Part shown: piece after piece, positions 9,091 through 18,433 of the stretch | Position numbering within the stretch: the first letter of the stretch is position 1 | Layout: every line of letters starts with the position of its first letter | Assembly: GCA_023485405.1 (NCBI GenBank) | Contig: JAMCZU010000032.1 | Coordinates: forward strand, 400 to 64,399 | Origin: Patescibacteria group bacterium | Lineage (GTDB): Bacteria; Patescibacteriota; UBA1384; UBA12157; JAENIV01 | Length of the DNA stretch: 64,000 nucleotides | Direction of reading: 5' to 3' | The notes under the pieces: generated by a model | The model's input: only the letters and a program-made list of their open reading frames with translations | What the model was told of the DNA's origin: nothing | Databases searched by the model: none | Translations under genes and position numbers: made by a program

Positions 9091-9453
9091 GTGAAGTTTC
9101 AGGACGCTACGGATGCCAAGCTCAAAATCCAAGTGGATAATCATCCTGAACACGTCTATCTAACTCTGGAAGGAGAAGTTGATCTGCTAGGCGAGTCGTT
9201 ACTTGATTTAGTGGCAAACGATGTGCCTTACAAAAGAAATATTATCGTTGATCTAAGAAAAACCGTCTTTTTCCTGCCTTCGATCGGTCGTAAGTTCTTA
9301 ATCAAGCTTGCCAAGAAGACAAGACGGGATAATGAGCTAAAGGTCATCGTACCACAAGACGGACCTGTCAAGAGAGCCTTTACGGTGATGACTTTCCATA
9401 GATACATCCCGGAAGACATCAATATTCATTACGAACCCAACAGCAATAACTAG
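9091..9453 (+). CDS. STAS-domain protein (anti-sigma-factor antagonist-like), GTG start
   Basis: SpoIIAA-like pattern (…GEVDLLGESLLDLV…IIVDLRKTVFFLPSIGRKFLIKL…); local GC ~45% versus ~33% around it; antisense to the surrounding gatCAB-ligA genes. Confidence 0.55.
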   Translation: MKFQDATDAKLKIQVDNHPEHVYLTLEGEVDLLGESLLDLVANDVPYKRNIIVDLRKTVFFLPSIGRKFLIKLAKKTRRDNELKVIVPQDGPVKRAFTVMTFHRYIPEDINIHYEPNSNN

Positions 9454-9460
9454 CCCAACA

Positions 9461-9484
9461 GCCCCGGCCTTGTGCCGGGGCTTT
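9461..9484. terminator. GC-rich hairpin gccccggc-cttgt-gccggggc after the STAS gene
   Basis: perfect 8-bp GC stem immediately after the stop; weak T tract. Confidence 0.45.
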
Positions 9485-9496
9485 CCATATCAGAAT

Positions 9497-9766
9497 TTAT
9501 TCAAAAATTTGTTTTGTTTTAATATAATTATCTTGTTTTGCCGGCGCATTTTGAAGCACTTTCTCAACTGGCAAACTCTTCTCCACTTCGTCAGTACGAC
9601 TAACATTTTTCAAATTGGAAATCTGGGAGATTGCTTCAATTTCATCCGTTGGCGCTTTTTCACACTCGGCGACATAATCTAAAATTTCCTCCAGATTTTC
9701 ACCATCAGATTTTAGTCGCGCTAAAGCGGCGGTGTGCTCAATTTCTTCTTTTGATATTTTAGCCAT
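9497..9766 (-). CDS. gatC: Asp/Glu-tRNA amidotransferase subunit C
   Basis: MAKISKEEIEHTAALARLKSDGENLEE... is the GatC pattern. Confidence 0.85.
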   Translation of the reverse strand: MAKISKEEIEHTAALARLKSDGENLEEILDYVAECEKAPTDEIEAISQISNLKNVSRTDEVEKSLPVEKVLQNAPAKQDNYIKTKQIFE

Positions 9767-11818
9767 TTAGTCCTTTCTTATTTTTAAAAACTCTTCTTCG
9801 GAAATTATTTTAACACCAAGTTTTTGGGCTTTTTCATATTTCTCACCCGGTTCATTTCCTGATACCACGTATGAAGTTTGATCACTGACTGATTCCGAAA
9901 TCTCTCCACCTAAATCACGCACTATTTTTTTGGCCTCATCTCGTGACAGCGTCTTTAATCCACCAGTAAAAACAAAAGTTAATCCGACGAATTTCTTATC
10001 ACGAATATGCACAAATTTTATTTTTACTCCAAAATTTAAAAGGCGATTAATAAAATCAAGATTATGTTTATCTTGAAAATAATCAAAAATTGATTTAGCT
10101 ACAATCGGCCCAATATCTTGAATCTCCTGCCAGTCTTCTGGTTTTTTATTTTTTAAGGCATTTGAAATTGATTTGAAATTTGAAATTTGAAATTTGAAAT
10201 TCATGGCGTCAGCCATATCGTACGCCGTTTCTTCCCCTACATTTGGAATGCCTAAAGCATAAATAAAGCGCGGCAATTCAATTTCTTTGTGCGCTTGGAT
10301 TGAATCAATAATATTTTGGGCGGATTTTTCTGCAAATCGTTCTAACGGTTCAATATCACCCTTTTTCAGTTCAAACAAATCAGCCGCATCTTTGACGAGC
10401 CCTATTTCCATAAATTTATTTAAAATTTTTGGACCAAGACCCGTAATATCAAAAGCACCACGTGAAACAAAATGCCTGAGCGCCCGAAGTTTTACCGTAA
10501 AACAGTTTTTATTGAGACAACGATAAGCCGCTTTTCCTTTTTCGCGCACGACTTTACCACCACACTGTGGACATTTTTTGGGAAACTTAAATTCTTTTTC
10601 TTTACCCGTGCGCAGTTCTTTAATCACTTTGGCCACTTCCGGGATCACATCACCAGCCTTGTGAACCACGATTGTATCCCCAATTCGAATATCTTTTTTT
10701 CTAATTTCATCTTCATTATGCAAAGTCGCTCGCGAGACTGTAGACCCAGCCACTATTACCGGTTTTAAAATCGCGACCGGCGTCAAAGTGCCCGTGCGAC
10801 CAACTTGAACAATAATATCTTGAACGGTAGTAGTTGCTTCTTCCGGCGCAAATTTATAAGCAATCATCCCGCGAGGCGCTTTGCCCACCACACCCAATTT
10901 TTCTCTTGTCAAATTGTCATTTATTACCGCTACAATACCATCAATTTGATAAGGCAATTTTTCGCGTGATTTTTCAACTTCAATTTTTACTTTTTCTACT
11001 TCGTTTAAATTCTTGCAATAACGATTTTGAGGCAGAGTTTTAAAACCCAAATCTTTCAAAGTTTCGTGGGATTCCTGATGGGTTTTAACCATTTCCACCC
11101 CATTTACGAAATGGGGTAAAAGGTCCCAAGCGATAAAATCAAGTTTTCGTGATGCGGAAATCTTTGGATTTAATTGGCGAATGGAACCAGCCGCGGCGTT
11201 GCGCGGGTTAGCCAAGAGCGGTAAATTTTGCTTTCGATACTGCGCATTCAAACTTTCAAATACTTTAATCGGCATATAAACCTCTCCCCGAATTTCAATA
11301 ATTTTGAGATTTGAGATTTGAGATTTGAGATTTGCGACTGGCAGTCGCAGTGGTATCGCTTCGATAGTCTTTAAATTTTGAGTCACCTCTTCACCAATTT
11401 TACCATCACCACGGGTAGCACCACGCACTAAAACACCATTTTCATAAATTAATGAAACCGCCAGACCATCCATCTTAAGTTCCGCAAAGTAATCAAACTT
11501 TTCATCTAAGATTTTTTTATTTCGCGTTTCCCAATCCTCAAGTTCTTCAAACGAAAAAGCATCGGTTAAAGAAAGCATTGGCTGCGAATGGGTTACTCTT
11601 TGAAATTTTTTTAAAGGCTCACCACCCACTCGCTGAGTGGGTGAATCGAGTGTTAAAAACTCAGGAAATTTATTTTCTAAATCTTGAAGTTCGTGCTTTA
11701 AAGAATCGTTCACTGCATCAGAAACTAAGGATTTATCTAAAACATGATAAGCGTAGCGATACTTCTCAATCAACTCTTTTAATTTTTCGATTCGATTTTT
11801 TGCCTCAACTTTGGTCAT
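9767..11818 (-). CDS. ligA: NAD-dependent DNA ligase
   Basis: adenylation motif KMDGLAVSL, Zn finger CPQCGGKVVREKGKAAYRCLNKNC, HhH and BRCT C-terminus; contains two in-frame heptamer-repeat tracts. Confidence 0.95.
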   Translation of the reverse strand: MTKVEAKNRIEKLKELIEKYRYAYHVLDKSLVSDAVNDSLKHELQDLENKFPEFLTLDSPTQRVGGEPLKKFQRVTHSQPMLSLTDAFSFEELEDWETRNKKILDEKFDYFAELKMDGLAVSLIYENGVLVRGATRGDGKIGEEVTQNLKTIEAIPLRLPVANLKSQISNLKIIEIRGEVYMPIKVFESLNAQYRKQNLPLLANPRNAAAGSIRQLNPKISASRKLDFIAWDLLPHFVNGVEMVKTHQESHETLKDLGFKTLPQNRYCKNLNEVEKVKIEVEKSREKLPYQIDGIVAVINDNLTREKLGVVGKAPRGMIAYKFAPEEATTTVQDIIVQVGRTGTLTPVAILKPVIVAGSTVSRATLHNEDEIRKKDIRIGDTIVVHKAGDVIPEVAKVIKELRTGKEKEFKFPKKCPQCGGKVVREKGKAAYRCLNKNCFTVKLRALRHFVSRGAFDITGLGPKILNKFMEIGLVKDAADLFELKKGDIEPLERFAEKSAQNIIDSIQAHKEIELPRFIYALGIPNVGEETAYDMADAMNFKFQISNFKSISNALKNKKPEDWQEIQDIGPIVAKSIFDYFQDKHNLDFINRLLNFGVKIKFVHIRDKKFVGLTFVFTGGLKTLSRDEAKKIVRDLGGEISESVSDQTSYVVSGNEPGEKYEKAQKLGVKIISEEEFLKIRKD

Positions 11819-11935
11819 AATATAATTATTGATCTTAAACTTAACCTGTTTACACCCATACCAGGTATGAGGGTAAAGGGTTAGATAATTATTCTCTTTC
11901 TTACCTTATTTTACTCTTTTTTCCCTCCTGTTACA

Positions 11936-11971
11936 ACAAAAAACCTCCGCAGAAACGAAGGTTTTTTTTAA
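11936..11971 (-). terminator. rho-independent terminator (A tract-hairpin-T tract, bidirectional) after the pilin gene
   Basis: aacctccg-cagaaa-cgaaggtt flanked by caaaaaa and tttttttt. Confidence 0.5.
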
Positions 11972-11988
11972 AAATTGATTTTAAACTA

Positions 11989-12546
11989 TTAATTTACGCT
12001 ACATATTTGACCACAGTTCTGTGTGTCGCCGCCCATTAATTGATAATTGCCACAAGCACTGTTTACTGCACCAGTTTCAGGTTGTTCCAGATTGGTACCT
12101 AAAATATAGCCATTACCATCATAGGATTGATATACATAACCTAAATCCGATGTTGGACCACCACCCAAATAAGCAGGGTTACCTGTACTTGTATCTTCTT
12201 TATTCGTAGGATCTACTGGTAGAGAAGCCAGATAATTATTACCCACCAAAACATTATAAAGAGTCCTATAGTCACCATTGGCAGTAGGAGGATATGGATT
12301 AGTACCAGTACCCCAATATGTCTTATCCCATGGAGAAAAGAAACATCCCTTCGGATAACTACTATTTTTATAATAGTAACTATCCAAAGCAGTTTGCATT
12401 GTCCGCATATCGGCTTTGCGTTTAGTGTCACGGGCTCTGACTCGGGCACTGGAAACTCCCACGGTGACCACTGCTGCCAAAATACCAATAATTGCTATCA
12501 CTACCAGAAGCTCAATTAATGTAAAACCTTTACGATTTGAGAACAT
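11989..12546 (-). CDS. type IV pilin (prepilin N-terminal methylation motif)
   Basis: KGFTLIELLVVIAIIGILAAVV class-III signal; Cys-rich C-terminal head. Confidence 0.8.
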   Translation of the reverse strand: MFSNRKGFTLIELLVVIAIIGILAAVVTVGVSSARVRARDTKRKADMRTMQTALDSYYYKNSSYPKGCFFSPWDKTYWGTGTNPYPPTANGDYRTLYNVLVGNNYLASLPVDPTNKEDTSTGNPAYLGGGPTSDLGYVYQSYDGNGYILGTNLEQPETGAVNSACGNYQLMGGDTQNCGQICSVN

Positions 12547-12560
12547 TTTTCTCCTAAAAT

Positions 12561-13172
12561 CTACTCTGACCAGAGATATGCACCGGAAGTATAAAGAGAA
12601 ACTGTTTTACTAGTGGGTGCTGCCGGATCATATATCTCACGAATAGAGGTAGAATTACAAGCATCACTTGGGCCAGTACCACAAATGGTTTCCATTTGAA
12701 GATTGGCTTTTAATTTATATTCCTTACCATCACTCGCATACGCATAGCAACCATGAAAATCTAAATCATTTGTATACTGTTGATTATTAGACGCAGGTAC
12801 CCCTTTTGGATCTTGAGGTAAAACTGAAATAAAATCAGGCGCCAAGTTTGGTATCCAACCGGTACTTCCTGAACTTGTAAGACCCGGTGGATTACTTTGG
12901 TTATAAGTTCGACAGAGTCCGCCCCAAGAAACACCAGGCGATAATAATACTCCGCTAACTTTAACACCAACGTTGCCGCTACTTATTGGGTAGCTACCAT
13001 TTTTATCATTATATTGCTCGAGTGCTCCTTGGAGTGACCTTAAATTTGCAATTCTTTTGGCATCACGAGCAGTTTTACGAGAATTGTTAACATTAACAAT
13101 CACGAGCGACGCTAAAAGACCAATAATAAACATCACTACCAAGAGTTCAATTAGAGTAAAACCCTTTTTCAT
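12561..13172 (-). CDS. type IV pilin (prepilin N-terminal methylation motif)
   Basis: MKKGFTLIELLVVMFIIGLLASL. Confidence 0.8.
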   Translation of the reverse strand: MKKGFTLIELLVVMFIIGLLASLVIVNVNNSRKTARDAKRIANLRSLQGALEQYNDKNGSYPISSGNVGVKVSGVLLSPGVSWGGLCRTYNQSNPPGLTSSGSTGWIPNLAPDFISVLPQDPKGVPASNNQQYTNDLDFHGCYAYASDGKEYKLKANLQMETICGTGPSDACNSTSIREIYDPAAPTSKTVSLYTSGAYLWSE

Positions 13173-13223
13173 AAGCCTCCTTTTAATAACTTAATTTAAG
13201 TATAAAAATAATAGTATTATATG

Positions 13224-13352
13224 TCAAATTTCTAAATCCAAATTTCTAATTTCTAATAAAATGTCCAATGATGCAATGTCTAATATCAAAACTTTTGGAC
13301 ATTGAGATTTTGACATTTGGATTTTTATTTGTCATTAGATATTAGGATTTTG
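13224..13352. repeat. AT-rich MITE-like element, copy A (~129 bp)
   Basis: shares the 5' end aaatttcta..ctaaatcc/aaatttctaatttctaataaaatg and the 3' end cattag..attaggattttg with copies at 14267 and 24881; ends are mutually inverted (ctaaatcctaat / attaggattt). Confidence 0.7.
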
Positions 13353-14261
13353 TTATTTACTGATCATCTCTCTTAATCTCTTTATTCTCTCCCCAACCGG
13401 TGGATGAGTGTCAAAAAGCCCGACCAGCCAGCCCCTTTTCTCATCTTTTTTAAAAGGACTTTCAATGTAAAGATGAGCAGTCGCTTTGTTGGCCACCTCT
13501 AGTGGTTCAGGATCTTGGGAAATTTTTTCCAAGGCCGAAGCTAGGCCTTCAGGATAACGAGTCAGTAATGCTCCCGTGGCGTCAGCTAAAAATTCACGCT
13601 TTCGGGAAATGGCTAACTGAATTAGAGTCGCCGCGATTGGCGCTAAAATGGCCATCACAATGGCTACAATAAAAAGAATCAGTTGAATTTGGCCACCACC
13701 GTCACTATCAGACCGGCGCCGACCGCCGCCAAACCATGTCCAGCGAAGAAAAAAATCAGAAAGCAAAGTGACCACTCCTACTAAAACCACCACGATCGTC
13801 ATTAACCTAATATCATAATTGCCCACGTGAGACATTTCATGGGCAATTACTCCTTCTAATTCCGTCTTATTAAGTTTTTCAAGGAGCCCGGAGGTCACCG
13901 CCAATGCCGCATGTTTTGGGTCACGGCCGGTGGCAAAAGCGTTCGGCGCACCGTCTTGGATTAAATAAATTCGTGGCTTGGGGAGCCCTGCCGTAATGCT
14001 TAAATTTTCAACGACGCGATGAAGCTCTAAAAACGGTTCCTTGCGTGGTACTTCTTTTGCCCCCGAAATTGCCAAAGTGATCGAATCAGAATAATAATAA
14101 GAAACCAAGGCTTGAATGGTGGCAAATAAAACGGCGATAACCAAAATCAATTGGTTGTTAAAATACCAAGAAAGCAAGTAACCCAAACCAATTACAAAAA
14201 CAAGAAAGACGAATATTAATAAAACTGTCCTCCTTTTATTCGAGTCTATTTCTTTATACAT
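13353..14261 (-). CDS. htpX: HtpX-family M48 zinc metalloprotease
   Basis: HEMSHV zinc-binding motif, multiple TM segments. Confidence 0.9.
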   Translation of the reverse strand: MYKEIDSNKRRTVLLIFVFLVFVIGLGYLLSWYFNNQLILVIAVLFATIQALVSYYYSDSITLAISGAKEVPRKEPFLELHRVVENLSITAGLPKPRIYLIQDGAPNAFATGRDPKHAALAVTSGLLEKLNKTELEGVIAHEMSHVGNYDIRLMTIVVVLVGVVTLLSDFFLRWTWFGGGRRRSDSDGGGQIQLILFIVAIVMAILAPIAATLIQLAISRKREFLADATGALLTRYPEGLASALEKISQDPEPLEVANKATAHLYIESPFKKDEKRGWLVGLFDTHPPVGERIKRLREMISK

Positions 14262-14266
14262 AATCT

Positions 14267-14392
14267 AAAAATTTCTAAGCCCTAAATCCTAATTTCTAAT
14301 AAAATGCCCAATGACTAAATTTCAAATTTTTGACATTTAATATTTGACATTTGAAATTTTATTAGACATTTGTTATTAGGATTTTGGATTTA
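14267..14392. repeat. AT-rich MITE-like element, copy B (~126 bp)
   Basis: aaatttctaagccctaaatcctaatttctaataaaatg ... ttaggattttggatttag; fills the htpX-lemA intergenic space exactly. Confidence 0.7.
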
Positions 14393-14941
14393 GAATTTTA
14401 CCTGTGGGGTTTCTTTTTCGGCTTCATTCATCCCAAATAACTCAAACTCTTTCGAACCAGTCATCCCCGCGACCATACTGTTGGGAAAAACTTGAATCTT
14501 GGTGTTAAAGTCACGGACATTGCCATTGTAAAAACGACGAGCTGCTTCGATTTTGTTTTCAGTATCAGTTAATTCGTCTTGCAGTTTTTGAAAATTCTCC
14601 GTTGCTCGAAGTTGAGGATAGTTCTCTGCTACCGCAAAAAGAGATTTCAAAGTATCGGTTAAAGCATTTTCCGCCTTACCTGCTTCTTCAGCTCCTTTAG
14701 CTTGCATTGCTTGCGAACGTGCTTCAGTTACTTTTTCAAAAACTTCTTTTTCGTGAGTAGCATAACCTTTAACTGTCTCAACTAAATTAGGAATTAAATC
14801 ATGACGACGTTTTAATTGCACATCAATGTCTGACCAGGCTTCTTTGGTCCGGTTTCTTAAAGTGACAATGCCATTGAAAACCGCAATAAACCAAATAATC
14901 AAAACTCCAAGTAACCCTAAACCAACCCATAGAATAATCAT
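14390..14941 (-). CDS. lemA: LemA-family protein
   Basis: N-terminal TM plus IVTLRNRTKEAWSDIDVQLKRRHDLIPNLVETVKGY (LemA); conserved LemA-HtpX pairing. Confidence 0.85.
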   Translation of the reverse strand: MIILWVGLGLLGVLIIWFIAVFNGIVTLRNRTKEAWSDIDVQLKRRHDLIPNLVETVKGYATHEKEVFEKVTEARSQAMQAKGAEEAGKAENALTDTLKSLFAVAENYPQLRATENFQKLQDELTDTENKIEAARRFYNGNVRDFNTKIQVFPNSMVAGMTGSKEFELFGMNEAEKETPQVKF

Positions 14942-14954
14942 AAATGCTCCTTTA

Positions 14955-15662
14955 TCACTCCAATGATGAATTTGTTACTTTATATATATTATACGAACCA
15001 GTTAAAGTGCCAGTGGAATCAGATTTGTCTTCCAAAACAGCAGTTAGTTCAAAATTCTGACCATCTGATTTATAACCGTAATAAAATTTTGGGGCTGAAG
15101 GATCGTTTGGCAAACTTTGAAGATATGTTGGCGCTAAGGCTTGGGCTAAAATACTTGTTTGATCGGAAGTTTTAATTTGATCGGTGCTGACGGGATATTC
15201 GGCTTTGACGGCATAATATTTCTTTAAAGCATCTTTAAGATTGGCTAAATCTTTTTTACGGGTTTGGTCATTGATGTTAACTGTTGTCTCAGATGACGAA
15301 CTGGCTGTGGGACTAGCGGTGGGCAGAACCGAAGAAATCGCCGGTGATATTTTAGGCGAAACTGTGGGCGAAGGTACGGGATTGCTACTCTTAAAAATCC
15401 AGCCTTTCCAACGAGCAAAGAATAAGGTACCCACAAACAAAAGAATTAGTAGAAAAATGATGACAATATAAGAAAAAATCGGCTTTTTGGGCCCGGGCAA
15501 AGGCGCATTATTTGGCGATACCGGCGGTGCTGGCATTGATACTGGTGCTGGCTTTTGTTCGCCCGGTTTTTGACCCATCGGCTCGGGCGCGGTGATATTG
15601 GGTGGCATCTCAAAAGGAGCTGGTCCTTCTGAAGATGAAGAATTTATAGTTGGCTGATCCAT
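14955..15662 (-). CDS. proline-rich single-pass membrane protein, unknown function
   Basis: Pro-rich N-terminus, one TM, Ser/Thr/Pro-rich linker and C-terminal globular part. Confidence 0.35.
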   Translation of the reverse strand: MDQPTINSSSSEGPAPFEMPPNITAPEPMGQKPGEQKPAPVSMPAPPVSPNNAPLPGPKKPIFSYIVIIFLLILLFVGTLFFARWKGWIFKSSNPVPSPTVSPKISPAISSVLPTASPTASSSSETTVNINDQTRKKDLANLKDALKKYYAVKAEYPVSTDQIKTSDQTSILAQALAPTYLQSLPNDPSAPKFYYGYKSDGQNFELTAVLEDKSDSTGTLTGSYNIYKVTNSSLE

Positions 15663-15748
15663 TTTTCCCCTCCCTAAATCCAGTTCTTTCAGAACTGGAT
15701 CGGGCGGCCCGCTTTTAGCGGGCTTAGCCTTTTACATTTATTATTGTA

Positions 15749-16030
15749 TCACTTTTTAGCTAATAATTCTGCTTTTCTTTTTTTGGCAATTTTTTGTTTT
15801 TCTGCTTGTTCGGCTTTTTTAGTTTCTTTAATTTTAGTTTTTTCTTCTTTTTCCTGTTTTTTATTTTTCATTTCAGCTAAAATCTCTTTTGCTTCTGGTG
15901 AATCAATTGAAACAGCCAACTTTTGCGGTAATAAATAATTGCGAGCAAAACCAGATTTAACTTGAACAATTTCCCCTCTTTGGCCTAAATTCTCTACTTC
16001 TTTTAGTAAAATAACTTGCGTATGAAACAT
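15749..16030 (-). CDS. rplI: 50S ribosomal protein L9, N-terminal domain only with Lys-rich tail
   Basis: [35 protein letters not shown] matches the L9 N-domain; the C-domain is replaced by [14 protein letters not shown]... Confidence 0.55.
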   Translation of the reverse strand: MFHTQVILLKEVENLGQRGEIVQVKSGFARNYLLPQKLAVSIDSPEAKEILAEMKNKKQEKEEKTKIKETKKAEQAEKQKIAKKRKAELLAKK

Positions 16031-17230
16031 TTATTTTCCTGCCTCTTCTAGCGCTTTATCCAATTGTGGATCAAGGTTTTGAGATTGATCAGTTTCTGTT
16101 CGATCAACTTCAATATTAGGCTTAATTCCCTCTTTGTCAATGGTTCGGTCGTTAGGCGTCAGCCATTTGGCAATCGTTAGTTTTAAAACTGCCGAAGTAT
16201 CAAGATTTTGAAGTTCTTGAACAGAGCCTTTACCAAAAGTTTTTTTACCAATTAAAGTGGCACCGCGAAGATCTTGTAAGGCACCGGCCACAATTTCGGA
16301 GGCCGAAGCTGAACCCTCGTTGACCAAAACAATCACTTTATAATCTTTCAAAATTGGCTCGAAAGTTGTTTTTAACTCATCTTTATGACCATCTTTATAT
16401 TGCTCTTTAACTACCACTGAACCCTTTGGCACAAAAAGTGAGGAAACATCAACGGCTGAGTCTAAATAACCACCCGGATTATTACGCAAATCCAGCACGA
16501 TCGCTTTAGGTTTTTTCTGCGCCAATTCAGAAGCTGCTTTTTTAGCTAATTCAGATGTGTCACTACCAAACTGAGTAATTTGAATATAACCAATCTCGCC
16601 CTTCATTTCCCACTTGACCGAACTAACCGTAATTAAACCTCGAGTAATTTTAAATTCCTGAGGTGTTTGAAAACCCTGACGATTGATCAGTAGTGTTACT
16701 TCTGTACCTTTCGCTCCACGAATTTTCGAAACTGCTTCATCGAGCGATAAGTTAGATATATCCTTGCCATCAATCCCTAAAATTTGATCTTGAGCCTTAA
16801 GCCCAGCTTTTTCAGCCGGTGAATCACCAAGTGGCGCAATTATAATAATTTTCCCATCTTTTTTGGATAATTCCGCCCCAATGCCTTCAAATTTACCAGA
16901 AAGATCTTGTTGTAACGCGGTATTTTCAGTTTGATCCAAAAAATTTGAGTAAGGGTCGCCTAAAGCTTCGGTCATACCTTTAATCGCCCCGTAAACTAAC
17001 TTTTGCGCTGAATATGTCCCGACATATTTATCCGAAATTGTATTCCAAGCTTTCCAAAAAATACCAAAATCAACACTTTCCGGTTTTTTGAGCTCTAAAT
17101 TAGTAATTGTCGGCTTATAATTGGTCCCTAAAATTAAATTTTTATGACCAATTAAATAACCAGTAAAATAAAAAATGATCGCGATCCAAAGAACACCGAC
17201 GATGATAAGAATTTTTTTGAGATTTTTCAA
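16031..17230 (-). CDS. ctpA: carboxy-terminal processing protease (S41) with PDZ domain
   Basis: PDZ segment GIGAELSKKDGKIIIIAPLGDSPAEKAGL; S41 core LVNEGSASASEIVAGALQDLRGATLIGKKTFGKGSVQ. Confidence 0.9.
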   Translation of the reverse strand: MKNLKKILIIVGVLWIAIIFYFTGYLIGHKNLILGTNYKPTITNLELKKPESVDFGIFWKAWNTISDKYVGTYSAQKLVYGAIKGMTEALGDPYSNFLDQTENTALQQDLSGKFEGIGAELSKKDGKIIIIAPLGDSPAEKAGLKAQDQILGIDGKDISNLSLDEAVSKIRGAKGTEVTLLINRQGFQTPQEFKITRGLITVSSVKWEMKGEIGYIQITQFGSDTSELAKKAASELAQKKPKAIVLDLRNNPGGYLDSAVDVSSLFVPKGSVVVKEQYKDGHKDELKTTFEPILKDYKVIVLVNEGSASASEIVAGALQDLRGATLIGKKTFGKGSVQELQNLDTSAVLKLTIAKWLTPNDRTIDKEGIKPNIEVDRTETDQSQNLDPQLDKALEEAGK

Positions 17231-17240
17231 ATTCCTCTCC

Positions 17241-18371
17241 TTAATTTATTATTCCCCCACCTAAAACTTCTTCTCCTTTGTAAAAAACAATTGATTGACC
17301 GGGTGTAACCGCTCGTTGGGGCTTTTTAAATGTTACCTTAACTTGATTATTGTTTATAATTTTCAGCTTACAATTTTCTGCCGGATGACCGTAACGAATT
17401 TTTGCTTTAATATCGCTATAAGGTTTACTCAACCAATTTAAATCAGTAGCAATTAATTCTTTTTGCATTAAATCTTTCTCATCACCAACAATGAGAGTGT
17501 TCGTCTGACTATCCAATTTTACCACAAAGTAAGCTTTTGGGCCACCTAAACCTAAACGCTCTCGTTGACCAATAGTATAATCAATTAAACCACTATGTTG
17601 ACCTAAAATATTACCCTCAACATCAGTAATCACGCCTGGCTTAGTCAACTTTTTAGTGTGACGTCGTAAAAAAGTACAAATATCTCTGTTGGGGATAAAA
17701 CAAATACCTTGAGATTCTCGTCGCTCGGCTGTCGGCAATCCCCATTTTTTAGCCATTTTTCTAATGTCTGGTTTTGAATAATCACCTACCGGAAAAAGAA
17801 TATGTTTTAAATGTTCTTGCTTTAACATCCAGAGAAAATAAGTCTGATCTTTGGCTTTGTCTACAGCCGTGAGTAGTTTATATTTAACATTAGGATTTTG
17901 ACATTTAGATTTTTGTTTGTCATTTGAAATTTGGATTTTGCCATTTTCACTTCCAATGCGGGCATAATGTCCGGTCGCAAGGTAGTCCGCTTTCATCTCC
18001 AAAGTTTTTTTCAACAGTATTTCTCCTTTAATATCGCGGTTGCAAACCACGCACGGATTTGGCGTTCGACCATTTTCGTGTTCTTTAATATAGTAGTCAA
18101 CGACGCTTTTTTTAAATTCTTCTTCAAAATTGACGACATAAAAAGGAATGTTTAATTTGGCCGCTACGGCGCGCGCCGCCGTTGCCGCCTCCAATGAACA
18201 ACAAACATTTTCTCTCACTAAATCAGTTTGAGAAGTTTCTTCCGACCAAAGTTTCATAAAAATTCCAATTACCTCGTAACCTTGTTTTTGAAGGAGGGCG
18301 GCTGCCACTGACGAATCCACCCCGCCCGACATTGCACAAACCACCGCTTTATTTTTCATATTTTTTACCAT
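17241..18371 (-). CDS. mnmA: tRNA-specific 2-thiouridylase
   Basis: PP-loop AVVCAMSGGVDSSVAA; carries a ~17-aa in-frame insertion encoded by a MITE-like fragment (17890-17942). Confidence 0.9.
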   Translation of the reverse strand: MVKNMKNKAVVCAMSGGVDSSVAAALLQKQGYEVIGIFMKLWSEETSQTDLVRENVCCSLEAATAARAVAAKLNIPFYVVNFEEEFKKSVVDYYIKEHENGRTPNPCVVCNRDIKGEILLKKTLEMKADYLATGHYARIGSENGKIQISNDKQKSKCQNPNVKYKLLTAVDKAKDQTYFLWMLKQEHLKHILFPVGDYSKPDIRKMAKKWGLPTAERRESQGICFIPNRDICTFLRRHTKKLTKPGVITDVEGNILGQHSGLIDYTIGQRERLGLGGPKAYFVVKLDSQTNTLIVGDEKDLMQKELIATDLNWLSKPYSDIKAKIRYGHPAENCKLKIINNNQVKVTFKKPQRAVTPGQSIVFYKGEEVLGGGIIN

Positions 18372-18386
18372 AATATAAATAATTTC

Positions 18387-18433
18387 TTACATTCCTAAAC
18401 CTGTTGTCCACCTACGAGGTGGACATTTTGGTT
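18387..18433. repeat. REP2 element copy 1: ttacattcctaaacctgttgtccacct-acg-aggtggacattttggtt
   Basis: palindrome tgtccacct/aggtggaca with the same acg loop core as REP1; overlaps the folD 3' end. Confidence 0.75.

Noticed and set aside
10160-10202. CRISPR array interpretation of the short tandem repeats
   Set aside because: Period is 7 nt with no spacers, the arrays are inside coding sequence and in-frame, and no cas genes are adjacent (the Cas4-like nuclease at 22357 is solitary).
11850-11880. Shared cataccaggtatgagggta motif (also at ~28768-28790)
   Set aside because: Only two copies, and the second lies inside rsmA coding sequence specifying conserved residues; likely chance recurrence of a short palindrome.
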